The translations under genes and the position numbers were made by a program. 64,000 bases of DNA from an uncultured Chloroflexia bacterium. Its GTDB lineage: Bacteria > Chloroflexota > Limnocylindria > Limnocylindrales > CSP1-4. Within the stretch, counting starts at the first letter, position 1; the number at the start of each line of letters is the position of its first letter. The stretch lies in assembly GCA_963813335.1 (NCBI GenBank), contig CAWEYL010000001.1, forward strand, positions 576,001-640,000, written 5' to 3'. The notes under the pieces were generated by a model. It was given only the letters and a program-made list of their open reading frames with translations. It searched no databases and was not told the origin of the DNA. Shown piece by piece: positions 45,914 to 56,637 of this stretch.

Positions 45914-46785
45914 CGACGACCTACCTCGAACGGCTCGCGGCACGGTCCGCGGCGACCGGCACGGTGCTCTGCCTCGGGCTGGATCCCGACCCGGCGACCA
46001 TGCCGGACGGGTTCTCCCGCGACCTCGCCGGCCTCGAGCGGTTCGCGACGCTGGTCGTGGAGGCTGCGGCACCGCATGCCGCGGCCATCAAGCCGAACCT
46101 CGCCTTCTTCGAGGCGTTCGGGTCGGCCGGGATGGCGGCCCTCGAGCGCATCCGGGCGCGCCTCCCGGGGGACCTCCCGGTGCTGGCCGACGCGAAGCGC
46201 GGCGACATCGGGTCGACCGCGGCCCGCCAGGCCGTCGCGCTGTTCGACGTCCTCGGCGCCGACGCGGTGACCGTCAACCCGTACCTCGGCGCGGAGGCGA
46301 TCGCGCCGCTCCTCGATCGAGCAGACCGGTTCGCCTACGTCCTGTGCCGGACGTCCAATCCCGGGGCAGGGGAGCTCCAGGATCTCATGGTCACGGAGGA
46401 CCTCGACGCGGGCTTCCCGGCCGAGCCGCTCCACCGACGCGTGGCCCGGCGAGCGGCGACCTGGGGCCCGGGCGGCACCGTCGGACTGGTCGTCGGCGGG
46501 ACCGCGCCCGCCGAGCTCGCCGGCATCCGCGCGACGGTGCCCGGCCTGGCCTTCCTCGTGCCCGGCGTCGGCGCCCAGGGTGGCGAGGCGGACGCCGTCC
46601 TCGAGCACGGGATGGCCAGCGCCGCACCAGCCGGGAGCCGCGCTGGCCGAGGCCTGCTGGTCAACGTGTCGCGCGCGATCGCCGACCCGCCGACGGTCGC
46701 GGGGACGGGCGGTCCGACCGACCCCTTCGAGCGTGTCGCGCACGCCGCCGCCGAGTGGGCCCGAAAGCTCCCTGTGCTACCCTAG
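45910..46785 (+). CDS. pyrF: orotidine-5'-phosphate decarboxylase
   Basis: LCLGLDP, KPNLAFF, DAKRGDIGST, RTSN, PGVGAQGG, NVSR. Confidence 0.94.
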   Translation: MTTTYLERLAARSAATGTVLCLGLDPDPATMPDGFSRDLAGLERFATLVVEAAAPHAAAIKPNLAFFEAFGSAGMAALERIRARLPGDLPVLADAKRGDIGSTAARQAVALFDVLGADAVTVNPYLGAEAIAPLLDRADRFAYVLCRTSNPGAGELQDLMVTEDLDAGFPAEPLHRRVARRAATWGPGGTVGLVVGGTAPAELAGIRATVPGLAFLVPGVGAQGGEADAVLEHGMASAAPAGSRAGRGLLVNVSRAIADPPTVAGTGGPTDPFERVAHAAAEWARKLPVLP

Positions 46786-46865
46786 CCGGCGCACCGGACG
46801 GTCCCCGCGCCTCGTCCCCGAGCGACGTGGCGCATCCCTGAAACGACCTTCACAGGAGCACGACG

Positions 46866-47201
46866 ATGCCGAACATCGGAGCCCCGGAGCTCATCATCAT
46901 CCTGGTCATCGCGCTGCTGGTCCTCGGCCCGGGCAAGCTTCCCGAGGTCGGCAAGTCGATCGGCCAGAGCATCAAGGAATTCCGGAAGGCGTCGACCGAC
47001 GTCCAGGAAGGCATGAACCTCAACCCGACCCCGGCGACGCCGGCCGCGGGCGCGGTGGCCCGCGGCGCGCCGGTGGCCCAGGTCGAGGCCGCCCCGGTCG
47101 CCGCAGCGCCGGTGGCCGCCGCCGTCGCTGCGCCTGCCACCGCTCCTGAGCCGGTCGCGGCTGCGCCCGCCGCCAGCGAGCCGACGGCCCCGAGCAACTG
47201 A
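46866..47201 (+). CDS. tatA: twin-arginine translocase TatA/TatE
   Basis: IGAPELIIILVIALLVLGPGKLPEVGKSIGQSIKEFRK. Confidence 0.93.
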   Translation: MPNIGAPELIIILVIALLVLGPGKLPEVGKSIGQSIKEFRKASTDVQEGMNLNPTPATPAAGAVARGAPVAQVEAAPVAAAPVAAAVAAPATAPEPVAAAPAASEPTAPSN

Positions 47202-47224
47202 CGCTCCGCGTCCTGGTCCGCTAG

Positions 47225-48037
47225 ATGGCCGACGCCGACGCCCTGCGCGACGCCGGCGTCCCGGCGATCCCGGTGACGCCCGGGTCGACGCCGCCCCCGG
47301 ACGCCGCGCCGCCCAGCGCGCCCGACAGCTCGGTGATGACGCTCATCGACCATCTCGGTGAGCTGCGCACTCGGCTCTTCCGCGCGATCCTGGCGGTCGC
47401 GGTCGGCAGCGCCATCGGGTTCTACTTCGCCAGGGACATCCGGAACCTCCTGATCGCGCCGCTGCCACCGGACCCACTGACGGGCCACCCCAGCGTGCAG
47501 GTCCTCGGCCTCGGCGATGCCTTCGTCATCCAGCTCAAGATCTCCATCGTCTTCGGCATCATCGTGGCGATGCCCGTGCTGCTCTACCAGCTCTGGGCCT
47601 TCGTCGCGCCTGGCTTGACCCCATCGGAGAGGAAGACGGTCCGGCCATGGATCCCGTTGGCGCTCTTCTTCTTCGCCCTCGGCGTCGTGATCGCGTACTT
47701 CATCCTCCCCTACGCGGTCGCCTTCCTGCTCGCGTTCACCGACGAATACCTGACACAGGGCATCGCGGCCGGCCCGTACTTCGAGTTCGTGACCACGATG
47801 TTCCTGGCGTTCGGCCTGGTGTTGGAGTTCCCGATCGTGATGGTCGGCCTCTCGAAGGTCGGCATCCTGACGTCGGAGCGGCTGAACGGCACGCGTCGGA
47901 TGACGATCCTCGGGATCGCGATCTTCGCGGCCGTGGCGACCCCGGGCGGCGACCTCGTGAGCCCGTTCGTGCTGGGGCTCACGATGTACCTGCTCTACGA
48001 GCTGACGACCTTGTACATCAAGCGCACCGGGCGGTGA
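47225..48037 (+). CDS. tatC: twin-arginine translocase TatC
   Basis: HLGELRTRL, YQLWAFVAPGL, EFP, TPGGD. Confidence 0.94.
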   Translation: MADADALRDAGVPAIPVTPGSTPPPDAAPPSAPDSSVMTLIDHLGELRTRLFRAILAVAVGSAIGFYFARDIRNLLIAPLPPDPLTGHPSVQVLGLGDAFVIQLKISIVFGIIVAMPVLLYQLWAFVAPGLTPSERKTVRPWIPLALFFFALGVVIAYFILPYAVAFLLAFTDEYLTQGIAAGPYFEFVTTMFLAFGLVLEFPIVMVGLSKVGILTSERLNGTRRMTILGIAIFAAVATPGGDLVSPFVLGLTMYLLYELTTLYIKRTGR

Positions 48038-48942
48038 CCGGGCGGCCGGAGGGCGGCGCGGTCGGCGAGGCCCTGCCCGGACCCGCGGTCGTGATCGTCA
48101 GCGGCCTGTCCGGTGGCGGCAAGACCGCCGCGGCCAAGCTGTTCGAGGACATCGGCTACACCGTCGTGGACAACCTGCCCGGTGAGCTGCTGCCCGAGCT
48201 GGCCGAGCTCGTCTCGTCCGACAGCGAGCGCTTCGCTCACGTCGCGATCGTGCTGGACGTGCGGGCGGGCGACGCGGCCATGGCCTTCGGGGCGATGCGC
48301 GGCGCGCTGGAGGGCCGCGGCATCCAGCCCAGGGTCGTCTTCCTCGAGGCGCGCGACGAGGTCCTCATCCGCCGCTTCAGCGAGACCCGCCACCGCCACC
48401 CGCTCGGGGACCAGCGCGGGATCGCGAGCTCCATCGCCGAGGAGCGCCGCCTCCTCGACCCGGTCCGCTCCGAGTCCGACATCGTCCTCGACACCTCGGA
48501 CCTGTCGCTGCGCGAGCTGCGCGAGCGGCTGTTCGCGGAGCTCGGCACGACCAGCGGCCCGGACCAGCTCGCAGTCCAGCTCATCAGCTTCGGGTTCAAG
48601 TTCGGCGTGCCCCTCGAGTCGGACCTCGTCTTCGACGTCCGGTTCATGCAGAACCCGTACTACGTCGCCGACCTGCGCCAGCTGTCGGGACTGACCGAGG
48701 CCGTCCGCGAGTTCGTCCTCGCGCAGCCCGTGGCCGGCCGCTTCCTCGCCTTCCTGCAGGATTTCCTCGACTTCGCGGTCCCGGCCTACATCGCCGAGGG
48801 CAAGACCCGGCTGACGATCGGCATCGGCTGCACCGGCGGCTACCACCGCTCGATCGTCATCAGCGAGGAGCTGGCGGCCTGGCTGCGCGAGCGCGGGTTC
48901 GGGCCGGTCGCGGTCTTCCACCGCGAGCTGGAGCGGGCGTGA
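48034..48942 (+). CDS. rapZ: RNase adapter RapZ/YvcJ P-loop protein
   Basis: SGLSGGGKT, VDNLP, DVR, ETRHRHP, SFGFKFG, GCTGGYHRS. Confidence 0.94.
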   Translation: MTGRPEGGAVGEALPGPAVVIVSGLSGGGKTAAAKLFEDIGYTVVDNLPGELLPELAELVSSDSERFAHVAIVLDVRAGDAAMAFGAMRGALEGRGIQPRVVFLEARDEVLIRRFSETRHRHPLGDQRGIASSIAEERRLLDPVRSESDIVLDTSDLSLRELRERLFAELGTTSGPDQLAVQLISFGFKFGVPLESDLVFDVRFMQNPYYVADLRQLSGLTEAVREFVLAQPVAGRFLAFLQDFLDFAVPAYIAEGKTRLTIGIGCTGGYHRSIVISEELAAWLRERGFGPVAVFHRELERA

Positions 48943-50270
48943 ACCTGCGCCGCTGGCTGAGCCCGGGGATCGGGGTCAAGCGCTGGCTGCTGGTCGTCTT
49001 CGCCGGGCTGCTCCTGCTCGCGCTCGGCGTGGCGCACGTGCTCCGCCAGGTCACCCGCGACTTCGCGCCGGTCGGCCCGCTCGGCGCCTTCATCGACATC
49101 CTGACCCTGCAGTTCCTGCCGTACCCGTTGCGCGGCCTGATCGCCGGCGGCGTCGGGTTGATCGTGCTGGTCATCGGCGCCGTCCAGGTGATCCGTGCCT
49201 TCATGGGGCCCTTCCGCACCTCGGACGCCGACCAGCCGCCCCTCGTCGAGCTGATCTACCAGAAGCGGTTCCTGGCCCGCGGGCCGCGGATCGTCGCGAT
49301 CGGCGGCGGGACCGGCCTCTCCACGCTGCTCCGCGGCCTCAAGGAGCACACCAGCAATCTCACGGCGATCGTGACGGTCGCCGACGACGGCGGATCGTCC
49401 GGCGTGCTGCGCGAGTCGCTCGGGATCCCGCCGGTCGGCGACATCCGCAACTGCATCGCCGCGCTGGCCGACGCGGAGCCGCTGATGAACGAGGTCCTCC
49501 AGTACCGCTTCCCGGCCGGGGAGGACGCCGGCGGCGACCCGTCGGGGCTCGCCGGGCATCCCGTCGGCAACCTCCTGATCGCGGCGATGACCGCGATCGA
49601 GGATGGCGACTTCGAGGAGGGCGTCCGGCAGGTCAACCGGGTGCTGGCGGTGCGCGGCCAGGTCGTGCCGGCGTCGGGGACGCCGCTCACGCTCCATGCC
49701 GAGCTCGGCGACGGGTCCACCATCCACGGCCAGTCGCTGATCATGCGGACCGCGGGGATCGGCCGGGTCTGGCTGACGCCGGCCGACGTCCGCCCGTCGG
49801 AGGACGCCCTGACGGCCATCGCCGAGGCGGACCTGATCGTCCTCGGGCCTGGCAGCCTGTACACGAGCCTGCTGCCGAGCCTGCTGATCCCGGGCATCCG
49901 CGAGGCGCTGCTGGCCAGTCACGCGCCGCGGGTCTTCGCCTGCAACGTCGCCACGCAGGACGGTGAGACGGCCGGCTATGACCTGGCCGCCCACGTCGAG
50001 GCGCTGGTCGCCCACACCGCCCCGGGGATCATCGACATGGTCCTGGCCAACAACCGGTTCGAGGCGAAGGTGCCCGAGGTCTGGCACGCGGAGCCCGTCC
50101 GGCTCCGCTGGCCGGCGGCGGTGACGCCGCTCCCGCGCCTCGTCCTCGACGACGTCGTCGACCCGGCGAACGCCCACCACCACGACCCCGAGCGCCTCGC
50201 GCTGGCGCTCCTCTCGATCGTCGAGCGCGAGACGGGCGCCCGACGGAAGACCGTCGCGCGGACGGCCTGA
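48939..50270 (+). CDS. yvcK: gluconeogenesis factor YvcK/CofD-like protein with N-terminal TM
   Basis: GGGTGLS, VADDGGSSG, GDIRNC, GPGSLYTS, HHDPE.LA. Confidence 0.92.
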   Translation: MNLRRWLSPGIGVKRWLLVVFAGLLLLALGVAHVLRQVTRDFAPVGPLGAFIDILTLQFLPYPLRGLIAGGVGLIVLVIGAVQVIRAFMGPFRTSDADQPPLVELIYQKRFLARGPRIVAIGGGTGLSTLLRGLKEHTSNLTAIVTVADDGGSSGVLRESLGIPPVGDIRNCIAALADAEPLMNEVLQYRFPAGEDAGGDPSGLAGHPVGNLLIAAMTAIEDGDFEEGVRQVNRVLAVRGQVVPASGTPLTLHAELGDGSTIHGQSLIMRTAGIGRVWLTPADVRPSEDALTAIAEADLIVLGPGSLYTSLLPSLLIPGIREALLASHAPRVFACNVATQDGETAGYDLAAHVEALVAHTAPGIIDMVLANNRFEAKVPEVWHAEPVRLRWPAAVTPLPRLVLDDVVDPANAHHHDPERLALALLSIVERETGARRKTVARTA

Positions 50271-50316
50271 GCGTGCCCCTCGTCCCCGGTCGCCGACCCG
50301 CCACGACGCTTGCCCC

Positions 50317-51165
50317 ATGACCCGCTCCGAGCGCGACCTCGTCCTGAGCCTGCGCGCCGAGCTGGCCGGCATCGACCCGTCGCGCGCCTGCGACCGGCTC
50401 GCGGAGGCCGCCGGCCTCGGCTCGAGCGCGGTCCGGCGGGAGGGGCCGGTCGCGCGGCTGGCCGTCCGGCTGCGCCGCGGCTCGGATGGCGCCGGGCGCC
50501 CGGCGGTGGCCGGCGAGGGCCCGGCCAGCGCCCCCGCCGCGTTCGACTGGGACGGCGCCGCCGAGCACTGCCGGACCGCGTGGCTGCGGGGCCGGTTCCT
50601 CGCCTGCGGCTCGCTCAGCCTGTCGGGCGGCCGGACCCACCTCGAATTCGTCGTCGATCCGGCGGACGCCCCGGTCCTTGCCGCACGCCTCGCGGACATC
50701 GACCTGCCGGCCTCGTGGCGGATCCGCCGCGGTCGCGGCGTCGTGACCTGGAAGAGCGGCGAGGCGGTCGGCACGTTCCTGCGCCGCATCGGGGCGGCGG
50801 GCGGCCTGCTGGAGCTCGAGGCGCGCCAGGTCTCGCGTGCCCTGCGCGGCGACCTCAACCGCGTCCTGAACGCCGAATCGGCCAACCTGCAGCGGGCCGT
50901 CAGCGCCGCCGGCCGACAACTCGACGCCATCGCCGTCCTCGAGGCGGACGGCCGGCTGGCGCGCCAGCCGGAGGTCGTCCGGATGGTCGCGGCGGCACGG
51001 CGCGAGACCCCCGAAGCCACCCTGTCGGAGCTGGCGGAGCGGCTGCACCTCCACCGGTCCGCGGCCCAGCGGGCGCTCGAGCGCATCGAGGATCTCTCCC
51101 TGCACGGTGACGACGCCCCGGTCGAGCGCCCGGCCCGCCGCCGCCGGTCGCCCGCTCTGGCATGA
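50317..51165 (+). CDS. whiA: DNA-binding protein WhiA
   Basis: LRGRFLACGS..HLEF, NRVLNAESANL, PEATLSELA; position after yvcK. Confidence 0.85.
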   Translation: MTRSERDLVLSLRAELAGIDPSRACDRLAEAAGLGSSAVRREGPVARLAVRLRRGSDGAGRPAVAGEGPASAPAAFDWDGAAEHCRTAWLRGRFLACGSLSLSGGRTHLEFVVDPADAPVLAARLADIDLPASWRIRRGRGVVTWKSGEAVGTFLRRIGAAGGLLELEARQVSRALRGDLNRVLNAESANLQRAVSAAGRQLDAIAVLEADGRLARQPEVVRMVAAARRETPEATLSELAERLHLHRSAAQRALERIEDLSLHGDDAPVERPARRRRSPALA

Positions 51166-51965
51166 TTCCGATGATGCGTGACGTGATCGTGGCCGCGAAC
51201 TGGAAGATGAACACGACGCCGGCCGATGCCGGGGACCTCGCCCGGACGATCGCAGCGCGGACCCGCGAGCCCGGCGTCATCCGGGTCATCTGCCCGCCGT
51301 TCGTCTGCCTCGCCGCCGTCCGCGATGCCCTGGCCGAGAGCGACCCCGACGTCGCCGTCGGCGCCCAGACCGTCCACCACGAGCTGGCCGGCGCCTACAC
51401 GGGCGAGGTCTCCGCGCCGATGCTGGCCGGCCTCGCGACCTGGGTCATCGTCGGCCATTCCGAACGCCGCCGCGACGCCGGCGAGACCGACGAGCTGATC
51501 GGCCGCAAGCTGACACGGGCCGTCGATGCGGGCCTGCGCCCGATCCTGTGCGTGGGCGAGCAGCTGGCCGAGCGGGACGCCGGGGCGCAGGAGGGCGTGG
51601 TCGAGCGCCAGCTCGCCGGTGCCCTCGCGGCCGACGACCCGGCACGCCTGGCGGCGGCCGGCCTGGTCATCGCCTACGAGCCGGTCTGGGCGATCGGCAC
51701 GGGCCGCAACGCCAGCGGCCAGGACGCCTCGGCGATGGCCGACGCGATCCGCGCGGCGCTCGCCGCCGCCGGCCTCGGCGCGGCTGCCGAGGCGATCCCG
51801 GTCCTCTACGGCGGCAGCGTCACGTCCGCGAACATCGGGGAGTTCCTCGCGGAGCCCGCGATCGACGGCGCGCTCGTCGGCGGGGCATCGCTCAAGCCGG
51901 ACGAGATGGCGGGCATCGTCGCCCGCGCCGGCCTCACCGCCCGCGCACGCCGCGCCGCGGCGTGA
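51162..51965 (+). CDS. tpiA: triosephosphate isomerase
   Basis: ANWKMN, GHSERR, AYEPVWAIGTG, YGGSV, LVGGASL. Confidence 0.97.
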   Translation: MIPMMRDVIVAANWKMNTTPADAGDLARTIAARTREPGVIRVICPPFVCLAAVRDALAESDPDVAVGAQTVHHELAGAYTGEVSAPMLAGLATWVIVGHSERRRDAGETDELIGRKLTRAVDAGLRPILCVGEQLAERDAGAQEGVVERQLAGALAADDPARLAAAGLVIAYEPVWAIGTGRNASGQDASAMADAIRAALAAAGLGAAAEAIPVLYGGSVTSANIGEFLAEPAIDGALVGGASLKPDEMAGIVARAGLTARARRAAA

Positions 51966-53549
51966 CCGTCGCGCCCCGAGGCCGGCCCCGCCCGATCGTC
52001 CTCGTCGTCCTCGACGGGTTCGGGATCGGGCACGACCCCGCGGCCGACGCGATCGCCGCCGCGCCGATGCCGACCTGGCGCGGCCTGCTGGCACGCTGGC
52101 CGCACGCATGCCCTGGGCGCCTCGGAAGGGGACGTCGGGCTGCCCGCGGGCCAGATGGGCAATTCGGAGGTCGGCCACCTGAACCTCGGCGCCGGCCGAC
52201 CGGTCCTCCAGGACCTGCCACGCATCGACGCGGCCATCGCCGACGGCTCGTTCTTCGAGCGCCCCGCGCTCGTCGCCGCCTGCCGCCGGGCCGTCGAGCG
52301 GGGCGGGACGCTGCACCTGATCAGCCTGGTCGGCCCGGGCGGCGTCCACGCCAACGACCGGCACCTGGTGGCCCTGGCCGAGCTGGCCGCCCGGACCGGC
52401 GTCTCGCGCGTCCGCGTCCACGCCCTCCTCGACGGCCGCGACACGCCGCCCTCGTCCGCGCTCGGGTTCGTCGCGGACCTGGAACGGCGCCTCGCGGCGG
52501 CCCATCCGGACGCCCGGATCGCGACGGTCGGTGGGCGCTACTACGCGATGGACCGCGACGGCCGGTGGGAGCGGGTCGAGCGCGGCTACGACGCGATCGT
52601 CCACGGCGAGGCGGAGCACCGCGCGCCGAGCGCGACGGCCGCCGTCGAAGCCGCCTACGCCCGCGGCGAGACCGACGAGTTCGTGGTCCCGACCGTCATC
52701 GACGGCACGGACGCGGCGGTCCGCGACGGTGAGCCGGTGATCCACGCCAACTTCCGGGCCGACCGGGCACGCCAGCTGACGCACGCCCTCGCCGACGGCC
52801 CGGGGTTCGCCGGCTTCGAGCGGACCTCGCCGGCGGGCCGCCCCGCCCCGACCGGCCTCCTCGTCGTGACGATGACCGAGTACGAGGCCGGCCTCCCGGT
52901 CGAGGTCGCGTTCCCGCCCGAGATCGTCCGCTCGCTGGCCGACGCCGTCGCGGATGCCGGCTGGCGGCAGTGCCACGTCGCCGAGACCGAGAAGTACGCC
53001 CACGTGACCTACTTCTTCAACGGTGGCGTCGAAGCGGTCCACCCGGGCGAGGACCGGCGCCTCATCCCGAGCCCCAAGGTCGCGACCTACGACCTCGCCC
53101 CGGCGATGAGCGCCGTCGGGGTGACCGACGCGCTGGTCGCCGCGATCACCGATGGCGACTACGACGTCATCGTCGCCAACTTCGCCAACGCCGACATGGT
53201 CGGCCATACCGGCGTGTGGGACGCGACGATCGAGGCGCTCGGCGTGGTGGACGGCTGTCTCGCCCGGATCGTCGCGGCGATCGAGGCCGTCGAGGCCCGC
53301 GACCCCGACGGGCCAGGCGCGCTGCTCGCGATCACGGCCGACCACGGCAACGCCGACGAGCTCCGCGACGCACAGGGACGGCCGGTGACGGCGCATTCGC
53401 TGAACCCCGTGCCGTTCGTCCTCGTCGGCCGCGCGGCGGCCGGCCTGACGCTCCAGGACGGGGTCCTGGCCGACGTCGCCCCGACCCTGCTCGAGTTCGC
53501 GGGTCTCCCGCGCTGGGACGGCATGACGGGTCGGTCGCGCATCCTGTGA
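51962..53549 (+). CDS. gpmI: 2,3-BPG-independent phosphoglycerate mutase (indel at ~52110)
   Basis: LVVLDGFG, MGNSEVGH, DGRD, GRYYAMDRD, NFRADR, AETEKYAHVT, DMVGHTG, ADHGN. Confidence 0.96.
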
Positions 53550-53587
53550 TAGCATCCGTCGCCGTACCGCACTGAGGCCACCGACCC

Positions 53588-53815
53588 GTGGATCCGCTCC
53601 TGGCATTCGGCCAGATCATCGTCTCGATCGCGCTCATCGTCTCCATCCTGCTGCAGGCCCGGGGCACCGGCCTGTCGGGGACCTTCGGCGGCGATTCGGC
53701 CGTTTACCGCAGCCGTCGCGGCGTCGAGCGCCGCCTCTGGCAGTTCACGATCGCGCTGCTGGTCCTGTTCATCCTGTTCTCGCTGGCCTCCTTCGTCCTC
53801 GCCCCCGTCGCCTGA
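53588..53815 (+). CDS. secG: preprotein translocase subunit SecG
   Basis: ILLQARGTGLSGTFGG..RRGVE; two TM helices. Confidence 0.9.
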   Translation: MDPLLAFGQIIVSIALIVSILLQARGTGLSGTFGGDSAVYRSRRGVERRLWQFTIALLVLFILFSLASFVLAPVA

Positions 53816-53864
53816 CGGGAGCCCCGCGCCGACCTCCCGCGGCGACCGATCCGCACGGAGCCTC

Positions 53865-55595
53865 ATGACCCGGACAGAAACCACCGTGGTCGGGGCGCTG
53901 GTCGTCCTGCTCGCGCTGATCGCGGGCCTCGTCGGCATCCCAGCGCTCACCGCGACCACGGCGACGCCATCGCCGACCGGCCCCTCGTACGCGTCCGCCC
54001 GCGCCTACCGCGAGGGCGTGGTCGGGCACCCGGTGTCCGTCAGCCCGCTGACCGCGCGCACGCAGGCCGACCGCGACCTCGTCGCGCTGGTCTTCTCCGG
54101 GCTGGTGCGCAACGGCCCCAACGGCACGATCGTGCCGGATCTCGCCTCGAGCTGGACGGTCGATCCGACCGGCAAGGTCTGGACGTTCGACCTGCGGCCC
54201 GACGCACGCTGGCATGACGGCGAGCCGGTGACCGCCGACGACGTGGTCTACACGATCCAGACCCTCCAGGATCCGGCCTACAAGGGCCCGGCGTCGACGT
54301 CGTGGAGCGAGGTCTCGGTCGAGGCCCTGTCGCCGCTCGAGGTGACCTTCACCCTCACCACGCCGCTCGGCGGCTTCCTGCAGGCCGCGACCCAGCCGAT
54401 CGCCCCGGTCCACCTGCTCGGCGAGGTCCCGGTCGACCTGCTGCCCGACCACCCCTTCGGGCGCCAGCCGGTCGGCTCCGGGCCGTTCGCGGTCGTCACG
54501 CTCGACGACGATCACGCCGACCTCGTCCCGGCCGAAGCCGTCCAGCCGGCAGCGGCCGCATCCGCCGACCCGTCGGCTATCCCGACCGATTCGCTCACGA
54601 CCGCCCGGCCGACGGGGCGGCCCGAGCGGCCGACGCCCTACCTCGCCGGGATCGACATGCGCTTCTACGACACCGCGGACCAGCTGGTCGCGGCCTACAA
54701 GTCGGGCGACCTCGACGCCGCCGCGGGCCTGCCGCCGGCGGCCGGCACCGAGCTCGCCACGGCGTCCGACAGCCGGCTCCTGCGCTATCCGGGCTCGACG
54801 CTGACCGCGGTGCTGCTCAATCTGCGCCCGACCCACGCCGAGTTCCGCGATCCGGCCGTGCGCACGGCGCTCCTCCGGGCGATCGATCGGGCCGCGATCG
54901 TCGGCACCGTGTTCGCGGACGCCGCGGTCGTGGCCCCCGACCCCATCCCGCCGAGCTCGACGCTCTTCGACCCCGCCGCGGACCCTGCCGTCGCGTTTTC
55001 GCGCACCGAGGCGAAGAAGGCGCTCAAGGCCGCCGGCTGGACCCAGGAGAACGACGGCTGGCACCTGCCCAAGACCAAGGCGCCGTTGGCCATCGAGATC
55101 GCCAGCCCGGACAAGGCCACCAACCCGGTCGCGTTCGCGGTCGCCGCGGCCGTGGTCAAGGACTGGAAGGCGATCGGTCTCGACGTCAGCCACGAGGCCC
55201 TGCCCGCGGCCCAGTTCGTCATGGAGCGGCTCTCGAGCGGGACCTTCTCGGCGGCCGTCACCGACGTGACCATCGGCCTCGACCCGGACCTGTACCCGCT
55301 GCTCGCGTCGAGCCAGACCCGGACCGGCGGCTCGAACGTCGCCGGCGTCCAGGACCCGGCCCTCGACAAGCTGCTCACGAAGGCCCGCGCGCCCGGCAGC
55401 CAGGCCGACCGCGAGGCGGCCTACTCGGCCCTCGAGAAGGCGCTCGGGACCGGCCGCTACCTCCTCCCGATCGCCTTCGCGGACGAGACGGTCGTGGTCC
55501 GTGACACGGTCCAGGGACCCGCCGCGCGACAGGTCGCCGACCCGGCTGACCGATTTTGGGATGTGCTAACATGGCGCCTCGCCGACGGCCGGTAA
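53865..55595 (+). CDS. family 5 (peptide/nickel) ABC transporter substrate-binding protein
   Basis: VFSGLV..PDLA.SW, WHDGEPVTADDV.YT, PVGSGPF, VR.AL..AIDR. Confidence 0.88.
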   Translation: MTRTETTVVGALVVLLALIAGLVGIPALTATTATPSPTGPSYASARAYREGVVGHPVSVSPLTARTQADRDLVALVFSGLVRNGPNGTIVPDLASSWTVDPTGKVWTFDLRPDARWHDGEPVTADDVVYTIQTLQDPAYKGPASTSWSEVSVEALSPLEVTFTLTTPLGGFLQAATQPIAPVHLLGEVPVDLLPDHPFGRQPVGSGPFAVVTLDDDHADLVPAEAVQPAAAASADPSAIPTDSLTTARPTGRPERPTPYLAGIDMRFYDTADQLVAAYKSGDLDAAAGLPPAAGTELATASDSRLLRYPGSTLTAVLLNLRPTHAEFRDPAVRTALLRAIDRAAIVGTVFADAAVVAPDPIPPSSTLFDPAADPAVAFSRTEAKKALKAAGWTQENDGWHLPKTKAPLAIEIASPDKATNPVAFAVAAAVVKDWKAIGLDVSHEALPAAQFVMERLSSGTFSAAVTDVTIGLDPDLYPLLASSQTRTGGSNVAGVQDPALDKLLTKARAPGSQADREAAYSALEKALGTGRYLLPIAFADETVVVRDTVQGPAARQVADPADRFWDVLTWRLADGR

Positions 55596-55613
55596 CGGTC
55601 GAAAGGGTCCATC

Positions 55614-55700
55614 GCCGAGGTGGCGGAACTGGTAGACGCGCTAGCTTCAGGAGCTAGTGTCCGCAAGGGCGTATGGGTTCAAATCCCTTCCTCGGTACCA
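55614..55700 (+). tRNA. tRNA-Leu(CAG)
   Basis: Anticodon arm CTAGC-TTCAGGA-GCTAG, long variable arm, CCA. Confidence 0.95.
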
Positions 55701-55734
55701 ACCCCTCCGTGATGGACCCGAGCCCGGTGCACCT

Positions 55735-55819
55735 GCCCAGGTGGCGGAATTGGTATACGCGTACGTTTGAGGGGCGTATGAGGCAACTCATCCGGGTTCA
55801 AGTCCCGGCCTGGGCACCA
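55735..55819 (+). tRNA. tRNA-Leu(GAG)
   Basis: Anticodon arm TACGT-TTGAGGG-GCGTA, long variable arm, CCA. Confidence 0.95.
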
Positions 55820-55872
55820 ACCTTCGAGCGACCTGACGACCGTCCCACGCGGACGGTCGTCATACTGTCCGC

Positions 55873-55949
55873 GGGCGGTTAGCTCAGAGGGTCAGAGCGC
55901 CCCGTTTACACCGGGGAGGTCACTGGTTCGATCCCAGTACCGCCCACCA
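55873..55949 (+). tRNA. tRNA-Val(TAC)
   Basis: Anticodon arm CCCCG-TTTACAC-CGGGG, TTCGA, CCA. Confidence 0.95.
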
Positions 55950-56045
55950 GTCCCGCGCATGGCCCGACGGTCGGCGCGCGGGACGCGTCCTGCTAGACTC
56001 GATGGCGACGGTCGCCGCCCCAGGACGGCCTGATGGAGGACACGG

Positions 56046-56615
56046 ATGAACTGGCCCCTGATCATCATCATCGCGATCGTCGTCATCCTGGTCGTCGGGC
56101 TGATCGCGCTCTACAACGGCCTCGTGCAGCGGCGCCTGCGCGTCGACGAGGCGTTCGCCCAGATCGAGGTCCAGCTCAAGCGCCGCCACGACCTGATCCC
56201 GAACCTCGTCAACGCCGTGAAGGGCTACATGGGGTTCGAGCAGAAGGTCCTGACCGACGTCACCAACGCCCGGGCCAACGCCGTGGCCGCCGGGGCCCAG
56301 GGCCCCGCCCAGCAGGCCGCCGCCGAGAACGCCCTGACCAGCACGCTCCGCTCGCTCTTCGCCACGGTCGAGAACTACCCCGAGCTGAAGGCGAACGAGA
56401 ACGTCCTCTCGCTCCAGGAGCAGCTGACCACGACCGAGAACCAGATCTCGTTCTCGCGCCAGCACTACAACGCCAGCGTGCTCGACTACAACACCAGCAT
56501 CGCCACCTTCCCGAGCGTCCTGATCGCCGGGATCTTCGGCTTCGTCAAGCGCGAGTTCTTCGACGCCGAGCCCGAGGCCCAGACGGTCCCGAACGTCGAC
56601 CTGACGCTGGGCTGA
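56046..56615 (+). CDS. lemA: LemA family protein
   Basis: YNGLV, QLKRRHDLIPNLV, ENYPELKAN, TENQI..SRQ.YN. Confidence 0.95.
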   Translation: MNWPLIIIIAIVVILVVGLIALYNGLVQRRLRVDEAFAQIEVQLKRRHDLIPNLVNAVKGYMGFEQKVLTDVTNARANAVAAGAQGPAQQAAAENALTSTLRSLFATVENYPELKANENVLSLQEQLTTTENQISFSRQHYNASVLDYNTSIATFPSVLIAGIFGFVKREFFDAEPEAQTVPNVDLTLG

Positions 56616-56637
56616 CCGCCCGCTCGCGGGAGACCCG

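Noticed and set aside
48840-53606. Very long antisense ORFs (for example 1588 aa here, also 20977..24057 and 38239..41667 on alternative frames)
   Set aside because: These are shadow ORFs caused by high GC and strong codon bias. They overlap well-identified genes.
50317-53815. gap, pgk and eno missing from the whiA-tpiA-gpmI-secG run
   Set aside because: Rearrangement of this operon is common, and the genes are probably elsewhere in the genome.
55614-55700. TTCA in the anticodon loop suggesting tRNA-Sec
   Set aside because: The loop TT-CAG-GA places CAG at 34-36. The 7-bp acceptor stem and A73 fit tRNA-Leu.
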